Shown here piece by piece: positions 16,389 through 26,751 of a stretch of 46,152 nt of DNA; the stretch's first letter is position 1, and every line of letters begins with the position of its first letter. The notes under the pieces were generated by a model, which worked only from the letters and a program-made list of their open reading frames with translations, was not told where the DNA came from and searched no databases. Where the stretch lies: positions 1 through 46,152 of the IMG/VR virus record IMGVR_UViG_3300039008_000027; one strand, given 5' to 3'. A program made the position numbers and the translations under genes. Origin of the DNA: a virus.

Positions 16389-17953
16389 TGAGGGTTCGTC
16401 ATCAGATGAATCGTTTGTCAGGCTTTATGCCTGACATTTCTCCTGACCAACTTCCGCCCGATGCTTCTTCATACTCGGAAAACATGAAGGAAGAGCTGAA
16501 TGGTTGGCAGAAAAGCGATGGTTTAAAAGAAACGTTTCTGGAGCCTGGGAATGAAAAGAATTATTTGTTCTTCTTCTCCCCAGCGGAAGGGGATGACCGT
16601 TGGTTTATAGCTGGCTCTACTGGTATAGTTTATTATCAGGGAAAAAACAAACTAGAGGCCACTCGTGATACTGGGGCTTACTCAGCTGCCGGGCAGTTTA
16701 ACTGGAAAGGTCTGGATTTTAACGGGATTATCTGCTTTAATAACGCAGTAGATAAACTCCAATATTTTCAGGATAAAGGTAAGTTTGCTGACGTTACGGA
16801 ACTAGATGACAAGGTACGTTTCAGGAATATAGCTAAGTATAAAGCGTATATGTTCGGACTGGGTGTAGACAGCGGAGAAGGTTTTAATGATGACGAGATT
16901 TACTGGAGTCATCCCGCAGACCCTGGTACTTTACCTGCTAGCTGGGATTTTGCAAACCCTGCTGTGGATGCGGGTAAGACTTATCTGCCAAGTACAGGTT
17001 ATGTAGTAGATGCTCTTGAGCTTGGAGAGACTTTCTTTATTTATAAGAATGATTCTACTTGGACGTGTCGTTTTATCGGAGGACAGTTTGTATTCTCCTT
17101 TAATGAGAAATGGTCAAGTCAGGGTTGTCTTGCGCAAGGATGTGTCACTGAGTTTGAGGGTAATCACTTTGTGGTGACTCAGACTGACATTGTTGTTCAC
17201 AATGGTGTTTCTTCGAATTCTGTGGCGCATAGAAAGGTTAAAGAATTTTTCTTTAATGATATATCCCGCGAATTTTTTGACCGCGCATTCGTTGTTAAAA
17301 GGCCGGATACGCACGAAATATTTGTGTTTTACCCATCCGTAGATTCAGCAGACGGCTCGATTGATAAAGCTCTTGTATGGGACTGGGTAAACAAGGATTG
17401 GGAACTTCGCCTGATGCCAAACATTACCCATGCCTCAGTGGGCAGTGCTTTGCCTGAGACTACAAGTTCTTGGGACTTGGCAGATACAATCTGGGATAGA
17501 GAAGGTAGCTGGCGTTTGGAAGGTGACTCCCGTGTCTTTGCCCCTGCGATGTATCTTGGTATGCGGGACAGAGATAACATTGGAACTATCTCCACAGATG
17601 GCCTTATGTTTGGACAGCCTTTAAAAGCAGTCTGGGAACGGAAAGATATAACTCTCGGGAGGATGACAAGAGATGGGGTTGTTGTTCAGAATTACGAGAA
17701 CTATAAGACAATCTCAGAAATAACTTTCGACGTAGAAACTACTGAGAACTTTCAGGTCTTTATCGGAACTCGAGATTACCTAAATGATTCTGTTATCTGG
17801 GAAGATTACGGTACGTTCGAGCCCGGGCAACGGAGGACGTTAGATTTAATCCTGACTACAGGGTTCTTATCTATTCGCCTGGAAACTGAAGCATCTGCTT
17901 TGAGGCTTCGTAATTTGCATATAGAGTTTGAAGTTGGGGGAGAGATTATCTAA
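16388..17953 (+). CDS. Large tail protein (candidate nozzle / tail tubular protein)
   Basis: 521 aa, the largest ORF of the tail module. Coupled to both neighbours by 1-nt overlaps. Confidence 0.65.
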   Translation: MRVRHQMNRLSGFMPDISPDQLPPDASSYSENMKEELNGWQKSDGLKETFLEPGNEKNYLFFFSPAEGDDRWFIAGSTGIVYYQGKNKLEATRDTGAYSAAGQFNWKGLDFNGIICFNNAVDKLQYFQDKGKFADVTELDDKVRFRNIAKYKAYMFGLGVDSGEGFNDDEIYWSHPADPGTLPASWDFANPAVDAGKTYLPSTGYVVDALELGETFFIYKNDSTWTCRFIGGQFVFSFNEKWSSQGCLAQGCVTEFEGNHFVVTQTDIVVHNGVSSNSVAHRKVKEFFFNDISREFFDRAFVVKRPDTHEIFVFYPSVDSADGSIDKALVWDWVNKDWELRLMPNITHASVGSALPETTSSWDLADTIWDREGSWRLEGDSRVFAPAMYLGMRDRDNIGTISTDGLMFGQPLKAVWERKDITLGRMTRDGVVVQNYENYKTISEITFDVETTENFQVFIGTRDYLNDSVIWEDYGTFEPGQRRTLDLILTTGFLSIRLETEASALRLRNLHIEFEVGGEII

Positions 17954-18243
17954 TGTATACTTTCGTAGAAACACCTGCGGATGTACGGGATTTACCGGAG
18001 TATTTAAGAAAGACTCTTTTAGAAATAGAGGACGCTCTTAACACTCCGGAGATTTTTGTATCCGAACATTTCACTACAAAGGAGTCTTCCGTAAATACTC
18101 GTTTAAAAAGAGAAGGACTTCAGGTATGGGATTCAACTTCTAAGAAACCGGTATGGGCAACCGGAAAAGCTCCAGAAGATGACTGGATTTTTGGTGACGG
18201 GACAGTAGCCTACTCGCCAGTATCAAGTATAATCAAACCATAG
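17953..18243 (+). CDS. Hypothetical virion protein
   Basis: 96 aa. Start overlaps the upstream stop by 1 nt. Confidence 0.65.
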   Translation: MYTFVETPADVRDLPEYLRKTLLEIEDALNTPEIFVSEHFTTKESSVNTRLKREGLQVWDSTSKKPVWATGKAPEDDWIFGDGTVAYSPVSSIIKP

Positions 18244-18256
18244 CAAGGGGGTTATT

Positions 18257-18664
18257 ATGCTTTATCCAGTTTCACCATGCGATGTTCCTAGAGTCTGGGA
18301 TGCTATTGGAGAACATCTTAAAAAATCTTTTGATAAAAGTCCGATACCAATCCCAGAGGAGAAAGTTTATCTTGAAGTAGCTGAAGATAGAATGAAACTT
18401 TTTCTCCTAACGGAAGGGACGAAAATGAAGGGCATGGTTTTATTCAGAATTGAAGACCATTTCGGTACTAAAGTCCTGAACTCTTTTGCACTATCATGCG
18501 ACTCCGATTATGGAGAACTTGAGCAAGATATGGAACAAGCCTTAGAGATAGCTAAACTTTTAGGCTGTTCTCATTTGATAGGTTATGGGCGGCGGGGCTT
18601 TTCAAAAACTCTACCGTTGTTAGGTTTTAAACATTTACAAACCGTAATGGTTAAAGAGGTGTAA
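18257..18664 (+). CDS. GNAT-like acetyltransferase fold (weak)
   Basis: 135 aa. Alternating beta/alpha pattern and C-terminal LGCSHLIGYGRRGFSKTLPLLGF resemble GNAT proteins. No canonical R/Q-x-x-G-x-G/A motif seen. Confidence 0.4.
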   Translation: MLYPVSPCDVPRVWDAIGEHLKKSFDKSPIPIPEEKVYLEVAEDRMKLFLLTEGTKMKGMVLFRIEDHFGTKVLNSFALSCDSDYGELEQDMEQALEIAKLLGCSHLIGYGRRGFSKTLPLLGFKHLQTVMVKEV

Positions 18665-18665
18665 C

Positions 18666-19529
18666 ATGAGTGGAGGCGGCTCACAAACCACCACTACAAC
18701 AGCAACTCCCTGGGCGGGAGCGCAGCCTTATTTAGAGCAGTTATTAGGGCAAGCGGCTGACGTAGCTGGGCAAGACATTGACTACGCAAAACCCTATGTA
18801 GGAATGTCTGACGAACAGAGAAACTTATTGGAACAGTTGCAAGGATATTATGCACCTGAAGGGCAGTACGCGCAAAGCGTGGCTCAACAGCAGGACGTAA
18901 TTTCACAGATGTTACAAGCCCCTGGGCAAGTGGCAACTGACCCTGTTGTTCAGAGTCTTGTGGAGCAAGCTCAAAAAGGACTTGGCACACAGCTGACAGA
19001 AACCGTCTTGCCGCAAATCCGGTCGGGCGCAACGGCTGCAGGTCAGTACGGTTCAACCCGACAGGGCGTAGCTGAAGGCGTGGCGGCAGGTAAAACAGCT
19101 GAAGCGCAATCGCAAGCGGCCACCAGTATTTATGGGCAAGCTTATCAAGATGCTTTGCGACGACAGATGCAAGGCCTCGCAATGGCTCCTCAAGTTTCGG
19201 AGATGGGCAAAGCCGGTATTCAAACAGGCTTACAAATCCAAGACGTACTACGCGGAGAAGAAACCGGAGCTGCGGAAGCGGAGTATGCAAGAAGAACCCA
19301 AGCTCCTTGGGCTGGCCTAGAGAAGTGGGCTTCCCTTCTTTATCCAGCAGCAGGCATGGGAGGCACTACTACAGCAACTGGGCCAGGTCGAGGTATGTTC
19401 TCGAGACTGTTGGGTGGTGCTACAACAGGACTCGGCGCTTACTCAGCTCTTGCGGGCATGGGTGGTAAAGCTGCTGGTATGGCAACCCCAGCTGGTATGG
19501 GCTTAGGCCTGTTATCGCTATTAGCATAA
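18666..19529 (+). CDS. Internal virion / ejection protein (Gly/Ala/Gln-rich)
   Basis: 287 aa. Low complexity with a hydrophobic Gly-rich C-terminus (GMATPAGMGLGLLSLLA). Position precedes the giant protein. Confidence 0.6.
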   Translation: MSGGGSQTTTTTATPWAGAQPYLEQLLGQAADVAGQDIDYAKPYVGMSDEQRNLLEQLQGYYAPEGQYAQSVAQQQDVISQMLQAPGQVATDPVVQSLVEQAQKGLGTQLTETVLPQIRSGATAAGQYGSTRQGVAEGVAAGKTAEAQSQAATSIYGQAYQDALRRQMQGLAMAPQVSEMGKAGIQTGLQIQDVLRGEETGAAEAEYARRTQAPWAGLEKWASLLYPAAGMGGTTTATGPGRGMFSRLLGGATTGLGAYSALAGMGGKAAGMATPAGMGLGLLSLLA

Positions 19530-19538
19530 GGAGGATTT

Positions 19539-20384
19539 ATGGCTGACGGAATTTCACCAATCGGTCTTGCGGGTACTGGAATCCCTGGACAACCGGCTGC
19601 CCCGACACCTGAGACAGGGGCGTTTGATTTCTTACAGAGTACTCCACTTGGACTCGCCCTTCTACAGAGTGGTCTTTCTATGACAAGCGGAACTCCTGCA
19701 GGACAAGCATTCAGTCAGGGCTTTGGCGTGTACCAACAACTCATGGCTCAGGAGAAGGGTTCGCAACAGCAAGAGTTTATGAACAAGCTCAGAGAACGAG
19801 AAGTTTCGGCGAAAGAAGCTCAAGTTGACATTGCGGAAACTCAGGCGGAAACGGCAGCTACTCGTGCGAAAGCTGCTCTTAAAGCTGCGGAAGTTAAACA
19901 GCCTAAAGGTGTTGATAAAGATATTTGGAAACAAGCTCTCGATACCGAGAAAGCAGGAGCCGGTCTCGATGAGTACGGTAATCCAATGCCTGTGGATGCT
20001 TCGGCTGTTTATCGCCGTTATAACTCTATGGTAACTGACGATAAGAGTAAGGCTTATATGCCTTTCGGTATGTCGGAGACAACGGCACTGATTAATGCTG
20101 CGACCAAAAACCCTGCTTATGCAGACCTTCTTTTCAGTGAAGCAGGTACGCTATATGGGGCTGATAAGGTTGGGCGATTGCAGGCTCGTTGGCAGAAACT
20201 TCAGGAGAAAAAAGCTGCTGAAGATGCTGCAAAAGCTGCGGAAGATGCGGCAGCAACTCCACCAGCGACTCCGCCGGCGGCAGCGCCTACGCCAACTCCA
20301 TTGGCTACGTACCCAACAATGCCTGTAGCACAACCTGCAGCGCCTGCTTCTTACGGGGCGTTGAGACAAATGATGGGATATTAA
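19539..20384 (+). CDS. Internal virion / ejection protein (Ala/Pro/Gln-rich)
   Basis: 281 aa. Low complexity, Ala-rich helices, AATPPATPPAAAPTPTP tract. Confidence 0.6.
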   Translation: MADGISPIGLAGTGIPGQPAAPTPETGAFDFLQSTPLGLALLQSGLSMTSGTPAGQAFSQGFGVYQQLMAQEKGSQQQEFMNKLREREVSAKEAQVDIAETQAETAATRAKAALKAAEVKQPKGVDKDIWKQALDTEKAGAGLDEYGNPMPVDASAVYRRYNSMVTDDKSKAYMPFGMSETTALINAATKNPAYADLLFSEAGTLYGADKVGRLQARWQKLQEKKAAEDAAKAAEDAAATPPATPPAAAPTPTPLATYPTMPVAQPAAPASYGALRQMMGY

Positions 20385-20386
20385 TT

Positions 20387-23300
20387 ATGGCTCTTAATGA
20401 TAGCTATTTACCGGAGGCTTCCAATGCGGAGCTTCCACAATATTTAAGGGATGTGTTAGCGGGTGCTCAAGGAGCACCTGTTCCCACTCCTGGGGCTGCT
20501 CCAATGCCAGTGCCTCAGCCTGCACTCGACCCGTTCTTAGCAGCACTCCTTCCAACGGAAGCTGCTATTGAGATTGACCCAGAATCAGGTCTCTTGATGC
20601 CTTCGGTAAAACGCGGTGCTGCACAGACATTTGCCTCCCTTGCCAACTTGGTCGGGGCGGAGGAAACTGCTGCCGAAGCAATGCAATATGCTGCGCAATT
20701 CCCGCGACAAATCCAGGACATTCAAGACGTACAGTCTCTAGCAGACCTTGGAACTTACGCCGTTGAATCGGCTGCGGAAAATGTAGCAAACATTCTCGCC
20801 ATTGGCGCGGGTGCTCTTGTTGGTTCAGTAGCGGGTGCTCCAATGGTTGTCGGCGGGGGCTTAGTAAACTTCGCTCTGCAAGCTGGTGAGTCTAAGATGT
20901 CAGTCGAGCAAGCAGGCGGCGACCCTAACTTAGTTAACGTAGGTATCCCAGCTGCTCTTAATACAGCCATCGATACTTTCTCTATTGCTAAGATTGCAAA
21001 GAAAGCTGGTGTGTTGAAGGAAGTTGTTGAGCATCTGGACGAAGCCGCGGAAATCTCAGGACTGGGCGCGCGTATTAAACGTGGGGTTCGTACTGGTACG
21101 GAAGCTTTCGCCCTCGAAGGTTCTACGGAAGTTATCCAGAACTACAACAACTTAGTAGCCGCGAAATTGTCCACTGACAAAACTATCCGCGAAGCACTAA
21201 CTCTTCAAGGCGAGGATGTTGATGACCTGATTAACGCATTCGCAGCAGGCGGTCTGGGAGCAGCTACTACAGCTGGCCCTCTGGCTACAGTTTTCACTGG
21301 TAAAAAGGTAAGTGAATCTGCAGACCAAGGTTCTAACGCAGCGCCTGTACAGCCTACGGAAGCCGACCCTAACCCACTCACGGGTGAACCTACTCAAGCG
21401 CAGCCAACACCTGCTCCGCCGGAAGGAACTCCTGATATTGACGATACCGACTTCACGCAGGAGTTCGGGGATGCTAACGAAGACCCCGTGGAACTAGACC
21501 CTGATAATGAAGTCGAGCAGCTTAAAGCTGAGATTGAACGTCGTAGAGTTTACTTGGAGGCTGGTCAAACAGAAGCCCCGTTCCGAGCACAAGCTCGTCG
21601 TGACCCTGCTTATCTTTCAAGAAAAGACCAGTTGAGCACAGGTGATGACCCGACATTCCGGCAGCCTATGCCTTCTCGTTTCTGGGAAGATAAAACTTAC
21701 ACAGCCCTCGGCGAAGAGAGTACTGTATTCAGCTCTATTGTTGCGGATACTCCAGAGGTTACGACTACAGCAAACTATCGGAAACGTTTCACGGAAACTG
21801 AACAGTATGCTATTGCCGATTACATCGAGATTCTGCGTACAAGCTTCATGCCAGATGCTCCAATTATTATCGGGCATCAAGGAGACTTCTCAGGCTCGCG
21901 CTCCTCTTCTACTATGGCGTCAATGTCGCCCGTGGAAATCGAGGGACGTAACGCCTACATTATGGAAGTTAACCCTGCAGGTATGGCGCGTATAGCACAA
22001 GCCGTAGGCGTAGAACGTAACACTCTCTTGTACGAAACAGTTGCCCATGAGTTTGGTCACGCACTTTCTGCTGAGCAGTTTAAGCGTGAAAACAACCAGA
22101 CACAATCTGCAATCTACGGAGAATATCAGCAGTGGGTAGACACTACCTCGAAGAAAACTATGCGGGAATTCATCCTAGATAGATTCCCTCCAGTATCGGG
22201 TAAGTACTATCTGGATAACATTCCGCAAGAACTTCTGGAAGTTCCATTCATGGAAGCCGCCCGTGAAATCGGATGGACAGGTTCGAAACTCCGCTATCAC
22301 CTTTCTTTCGAGGAATATGCTGCGGATAACATGGCTAAGTTTGTCGCCCGTGATGCTAAGCTGGCGAATCAGGTTTCCAAGGAAACTAAAGGTTACTGGA
22401 CTAAAGCTATTGATACGTTCCTGAAAATATTCAGAACTATCTCTAAGTTCTTACCACAACCTAAGTTCAAAGCGTGGGTTGAAAAAGTTCGGATGGACAA
22501 GGCACTTGAACTACTCCTTGATGTTCCGCTTGCTTCCCAGCAGATTGTGGATGACTTAGGCGAGTTTATTGATTTGGACATTAATAAATTGCGGGACAAT
22601 CTAAATTATAAAATGTCCGATGGTGTCAGGATGAATGAAACCGCAGGGACAATTCTGCAGGACGCCCAGCAACTTGAGGCACTGCGACGGAACTATCGTG
22701 TATCAACTGGCTTTACTCGTAAGGTAGCCGGACGATTCCTCACGCCCGCGCAAATTGCAGAACGTTACAACATCCCTCAAGCGAAAGCTTACATGGAACG
22801 AGTATACGACTACTACCAGACTAAGATGCGTGGTATCTCGAAAGCTGACTCCATTGCTAAAACCTGGATGGATTTACCGGAAGCTCAGTCTGACGCATTC
22901 GGCAAGTTCCTTTACGCAATCTCCGAGAAGTCTGATGAACTGCAACGTCGTCTAACTCCCGAAGAAATGGCAGTCTTTCGTGAAGAGTTTGGCATCACAG
23001 ATGAAACGGCAACTCTCTACGGAGAAATGGATACATCTTTCCAAGAGATTCTATCTCGTTTAGAGACTTCTATTCTGAAAGATATCGCTCGTTCGTACAC
23101 AAATAACCCTGGGCGTTTTGTTGAGGAATACCAGGCCGCGCAAACTATGGGCGACAAAACTCTGGTAATTACTTCCTACGGTGTCGAGGATTATGCAGGT
23201 TTCCTAAACGAGCTTCAGAAAGCAGAGAAAAGTTTCGACGCACTGCGTAACAAGAACTATTTCCCTCGTATGCGGTTTGGAGATTTCACTATTACAGTGA

Positions 23301-25438
23301 AGCGTAAATACCTGAAAGGAGAGAAAGCCCGTGAAACAACAGCTGAATTCCTAACCTTCGAAAGTAAGAAGGAACGGGATAAGATGCTTGAACAGTATTT
23401 GAAGGATTACTCAGATGATATTCAAAACGGTACAGTGGATGTTATTGGCTCTAAGCTTGACGACACTACTCGTAGTCTTTATGGTATGCCTCAACTGGTT
23501 GTGGATAGAATTGCTAATTCACTCCGTAGTGCGGAAGGAACAGGGCTTACTGCTGACCAAGAGAGAGCAATCGCGGATATCGCTCTTGACCTAAGCCCAG
23601 GCAAACGCTACTTACGTCATATGCAGCACCGGAAGAATACAGCAGGATTCTCCACTGAAGCAATGCGTACATACGCAGCCTATATGAGTAACGCTTCAAA
23701 CCATCTCGCGCGTGTTGAGCATACGGCGGATATGGCTGCGTCACTCCGCGACTTGCGACAAGCTCAGAAAGGAATGGCTGGTGACGTGACTGACCTCGCT
23801 GAACTAGACTCGTATTACACAGACCATTTCAAGTATCTGCTTAACCCAGAGAACGATTGGACAAAACTTCGGGCGTTCGGTTTCCTTTGGTATCTCGGAG
23901 CTAACCCTAAGTCTGCACTTGTCAACACAACGCAGTTGCCGATGGTTACATACCCATTCCTAGCTTCTCGTTACGGCGACACCCGAACAGTCTCGTCCCT
24001 AGCAAAAGCTTTGAAAGACGTAACCGCGCACTTTACTCTGAAGAAAAAGTATTCTGAAGAGGAGCAGCGTTTGCTTGACCGTGGTGTTCAGGAAGGTTGG
24101 ATTGACGAGAGTATGGCATCTGACCTTGCAGGTATCTCTGAAGGTACAGCTTTGCAACGTATCCTGCCTACGAACAAAGCGCACAAAGTTATGAATAACA
24201 TTAACTACTATGGAGGTTTCTTATTCTCGATTGCTGAAAAATACAATCGTCAGGTTACCGCATTAGCTGCGTTCCGTTTGCACATGAAGGACACCGGAGA
24301 TTTCGAGGCCTCGCACAGAGCTGCGAAAGATGCGGTACATAAATCTCAGTTTGAATACGCGAAGTACAATCGACCTGAGTTTATGCGTGGTAAGAAGTCA
24401 GCCTTCTTCCTGTTCTATAACTATACGCAGCAGTTCATGTACATGGCTTTTGCTGGTGGGGGTAAAAGAGAGGACAAGCAAACAGCTATTCGTATGTGGG
24501 GTATGCTCCTTCTACTAGCTGGTGTACAAGGTTTGCCTATGGCAGAGTACGTACTATCAACACTGGATTTGTTCGGTACGCAAGCGAAGAGATTCTTTGG
24601 TATGCAGAACCCAGAAGTTAACGTGCGCCGTGACTTACGCGAGTTGTTTGATGACCTTGGAATGAACCCAGACCTAATGATGCACGGGACTGGTCGTTAC
24701 CTTGGCGCCGGCCCTCTGAAACTACTTGAGTTATTTGGAGCGCCTGTTCCGAACCTTGACATTACAGGCTCGCTTTCTATGGGTGAACCGCTTCCAGGCT
24801 TCCGTGTGAATGACCTGAAAGGCGACCCTTCTGAAATGGCTGGTCAGCTTCTGCTTAACGGACTCGGCCCGATACCTAACATTGCACTAGGGATGTGGGA
24901 TGCGGTGTCCAGTACAGACCCTGACAAGTGGAAGAACTTTGAGAAGGCGTTACCAATCGCCCTCAAGAATGTCTCGAAAGCGTCTCGATATGCAACCCGC
25001 GAAATGGAAACCTCGCGAGGTGGTGCTGAGTTCCTTCCGTACGATGGGAACAACCCATACGAGATGGGTGAGATAATCGGTCAAGCAATGGGCTTTACGT
25101 CCACCCGTCTCGCCCAGAAACGTGAGATGTACGGTGAGCAAATACAATCATCAATGTATTGGTCAGCCCGCCGCTCGTTGCTTCTGGAACGGTATGCGTA
25201 CGCGACTAAGACAAGGGACAAGGAAGCCCGCGTTCAGGCGCTTCAGGCAATCCGCGATTTCAACAAGTCGCTAACGGAACCTGCACTCAAGCCTTACAAA
25301 ATCTCAGGGCCGAGTATGGCGCGTTCACTCAAGGTGAAGATGAGAGTTCTCCAAAGGAGGGAAAGAGGTATTCCAACAGCAGACCGTGACCGTCTAATCT
25401 ACAGTGATATTGAGAAACTTTACATGGGAGAAGAATAG
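20387..25438 (+). CDS. Giant internal/ejection protein with zincin HEXXH motif and PLxRFG-like motif
   Basis: 1683 aa, the last gene of the structural arm. HEFGH at aa 554-558 (nt 22046-22060), YFPRMRFGDF (nt 23264-23281), and hydrophobic segments in the C-terminal third (LWYLGANPKSALV, MWGMLLLLAGVQGLP). Confidence 0.75.
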   Translation: MALNDSYLPEASNAELPQYLRDVLAGAQGAPVPTPGAAPMPVPQPALDPFLAALLPTEAAIEIDPESGLLMPSVKRGAAQTFASLANLVGAEETAAEAMQYAAQFPRQIQDIQDVQSLADLGTYAVESAAENVANILAIGAGALVGSVAGAPMVVGGGLVNFALQAGESKMSVEQAGGDPNLVNVGIPAALNTAIDTFSIAKIAKKAGVLKEVVEHLDEAAEISGLGARIKRGVRTGTEAFALEGSTEVIQNYNNLVAAKLSTDKTIREALTLQGEDVDDLINAFAAGGLGAATTAGPLATVFTGKKVSESADQGSNAAPVQPTEADPNPLTGEPTQAQPTPAPPEGTPDIDDTDFTQEFGDANEDPVELDPDNEVEQLKAEIERRRVYLEAGQTEAPFRAQARRDPAYLSRKDQLSTGDDPTFRQPMPSRFWEDKTYTALGEESTVFSSIVADTPEVTTTANYRKRFTETEQYAIADYIEILRTSFMPDAPIIIGHQGDFSGSRSSSTMASMSPVEIEGRNAYIMEVNPAGMARIAQAVGVERNTLLYETVAHEFGHALSAEQFKRENNQTQSAIYGEYQQWVDTTSKKTMREFILDRFPPVSGKYYLDNIPQELLEVPFMEAAREIGWTGSKLRYHLSFEEYAADNMAKFVARDAKLANQVSKETKGYWTKAIDTFLKIFRTISKFLPQPKFKAWVEKVRMDKALELLLDVPLASQQIVDDLGEFIDLDINKLRDNLNYKMSDGVRMNETAGTILQDAQQLEALRRNYRVSTGFTRKVAGRFLTPAQIAERYNIPQAKAYMERVYDYYQTKMRGISKADSIAKTWMDLPEAQSDAFGKFLYAISEKSDELQRRLTPEEMAVFREEFGITDETATLYGEMDTSFQEILSRLETSILKDIARSYTNNPGRFVEEYQAAQTMGDKTLVITSYGVEDYAGFLNELQKAEKSFDALRNKNYFPRMRFGDFTITVKRKYLKGEKARETTAEFLTFESKKERDKMLEQYLKDYSDDIQNGTVDVIGSKLDDTTRSLYGMPQLVVDRIANSLRSAEGTGLTADQERAIADIALDLSPGKRYLRHMQHRKNTAGFSTEAMRTYAAYMSNASNHLARVEHTADMAASLRDLRQAQKGMAGDVTDLAELDSYYTDHFKYLLNPENDWTKLRAFGFLWYLGANPKSALVNTTQLPMVTYPFLASRYGDTRTVSSLAKALKDVTAHFTLKKKYSEEEQRLLDRGVQEGWIDESMASDLAGISEGTALQRILPTNKAHKVMNNINYYGGFLFSIAEKYNRQVTALAAFRLHMKDTGDFEASHRAAKDAVHKSQFEYAKYNRPEFMRGKKSAFFLFYNYTQQFMYMAFAGGGKREDKQTAIRMWGMLLLLAGVQGLPMAEYVLSTLDLFGTQAKRFFGMQNPEVNVRRDLRELFDDLGMNPDLMMHGTGRYLGAGPLKLLELFGAPVPNLDITGSLSMGEPLPGFRVNDLKGDPSEMAGQLLLNGLGPIPNIALGMWDAVSSTDPDKWKNFEKALPIALKNVSKASRYATREMETSRGGAEFLPYDGNNPYEMGEIIGQAMGFTSTRLAQKREMYGEQIQSSMYWSARRSLLLERYAYATKTRDKEARVQALQAIRDFNKSLTEPALKPYKISGPSMARSLKVKMRVLQRRERGIPTADRDRLIYSDIEKLYMGEE

Positions 25439-25444
25439 AGAAAA

Positions 25445-25470
25445 GGGGGCGAAAGCCCCCTCTTTATTTT
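25445..25470. terminator. Bidirectional intrinsic terminator between the convergent arms
   Basis: gggggc-gaaa-gccccc hairpin flanked by aaaa (left) and tctttatttt (right). Lies between the stops at 25438 (+) and 25464 (-). Confidence 0.75.
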
Positions 25471-26750
25471 GCAAGTGAATTTATCTTTTCTAAATCCTCG
25501 TCACTGGCTGTATGTTCAGCACCGTTCAACAATCTCTCCGTCGGTCGTATCACATTCCCGTTAGCGCGTACAACATTGTCAAAGAAACCTGCGGCAACAC
25601 CAGCATCTATCGCCCGCGAAATTGCGTCATACCCCATGCGAGTTGACAGCTTGTAAATAAGCTCACTACGCAACATGCCTTTCGGATATCCAGCAACAAC
25701 AAGCTTAACAATCTGAAGACTTCCCGCGTCTTTATCATCCGTGATTGTATTAAATACTTTCAGCATGTTTTGTTCTGAATAACTCAGTAAAGCTAATGCG
25801 GTCTGTAAATGCGCTCGCGTAATAATCTTGCTATCACTCTCCGAGGCGCTTAGACACATCGCAACTTTGTGCATATGAGTTTGCTTACGTGCTGCGTAAC
25901 CCGCTAATACGTCAGACCTTAGATGTTCGTCAGGAGTAGTATTATGTTTCTTATACCATTCCTCGCCGAAAGCTTTAGCGTCATCGTCCAGCTTAAACTC
26001 CCCACTAATCTGACTGATACGAATCAAGTCCTCGACCAAACGTTTCTTTCTAACCGCATGGTTTTTTGGCACGTAATCCGCAGGGTACGCAACCAATTTC
26101 TGTTTATTTTCTGCATACACAAAGATACCCCTCGAGGTAAAGCCACCGCCAATCGCATAACGAGGCATACTTTGTGCAACCCAACTCGGTGTGGTACATC
26201 CTATCAGGTTAAGCCAAGCACCTTCTGCTTTCTGCTCCCCGCCACCGACCGTCCTTCTAACTATCGGCTTGTCCTTCGCATCCCAGATATCAACTATCGT
26301 ATCAATCATCTCAGAGTTATTGAAGTCCAAGAATGTACCCAACTCAGAAGCTTCCACAGTTAAACAACTCTGCTTAATCTTCTTACCACTTACCTTAACT
26401 GTTTCTTCCACCTCCATAAAATTACTGAAGAGTGCCTGCCATGTACAACTGCTCGGCCCGAAGTTTACTCCAGGAACTTGCCGAAGCAAGTCCGTTCCCA
26501 CACCACTCGTCGTAGACTTTGATACAATCCCAGGAGGTGCTACAAAGATAATAAAGCAGTTAGGCTTCCAGCGGAAGTAACCCATATCTATGTAACACTT
26601 CCCTCGCAACGCACCCGCGATAATACTAATCGCAGTCCACATATGATACTCACGAGGCGCTTCCATATGTTCAGTGTATTTGACGTATCCCTGAAGAAAG
26701 TTACCATAGTTCCTTTCTCCTTTCATCAAATCCTTAACATCGAACTTCAT
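25464..26750 (-). CDS. DUF3987-like P-loop ATPase, candidate replicative helicase
   Basis: 428 aa. Deviant Walker A FVAPPGIVSKSTT, Walker-B-like LTVEASELG, LNLIGCTTP and GGGFTSRGIF blocks as remembered for DUF3987-type phage/plasmid helicases. Confidence 0.55.
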   Translation of the reverse strand: MKFDVKDLMKGERNYGNFLQGYVKYTEHMEAPREYHMWTAISIIAGALRGKCYIDMGYFRWKPNCFIIFVAPPGIVSKSTTSGVGTDLLRQVPGVNFGPSSCTWQALFSNFMEVEETVKVSGKKIKQSCLTVEASELGTFLDFNNSEMIDTIVDIWDAKDKPIVRRTVGGGEQKAEGAWLNLIGCTTPSWVAQSMPRYAIGGGFTSRGIFVYAENKQKLVAYPADYVPKNHAVRKKRLVEDLIRISQISGEFKLDDDAKAFGEEWYKKHNTTPDEHLRSDVLAGYAARKQTHMHKVAMCLSASESDSKIITRAHLQTALALLSYSEQNMLKVFNTITDDKDAGSLQIVKLVVAGYPKGMLRSELIYKLSTRMGYDAISRAIDAGVAAGFFDNVVRANGNVIRPTERLLNGAEHTASDEDLEKINSLAK

Positions 26751-26751
26751 T

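Noticed and set aside
20387-25438. Giant protein as a virion-packaged RNA polymerase (N4 or crAss style), which would explain the missing RNAP
   Set aside because: I could not find polymerase-type Asp motifs in any recognisable context. What is visible is a peptidase HEXXH and membrane-type helices. This cannot be fully excluded without structure-based searches, so it is not called.
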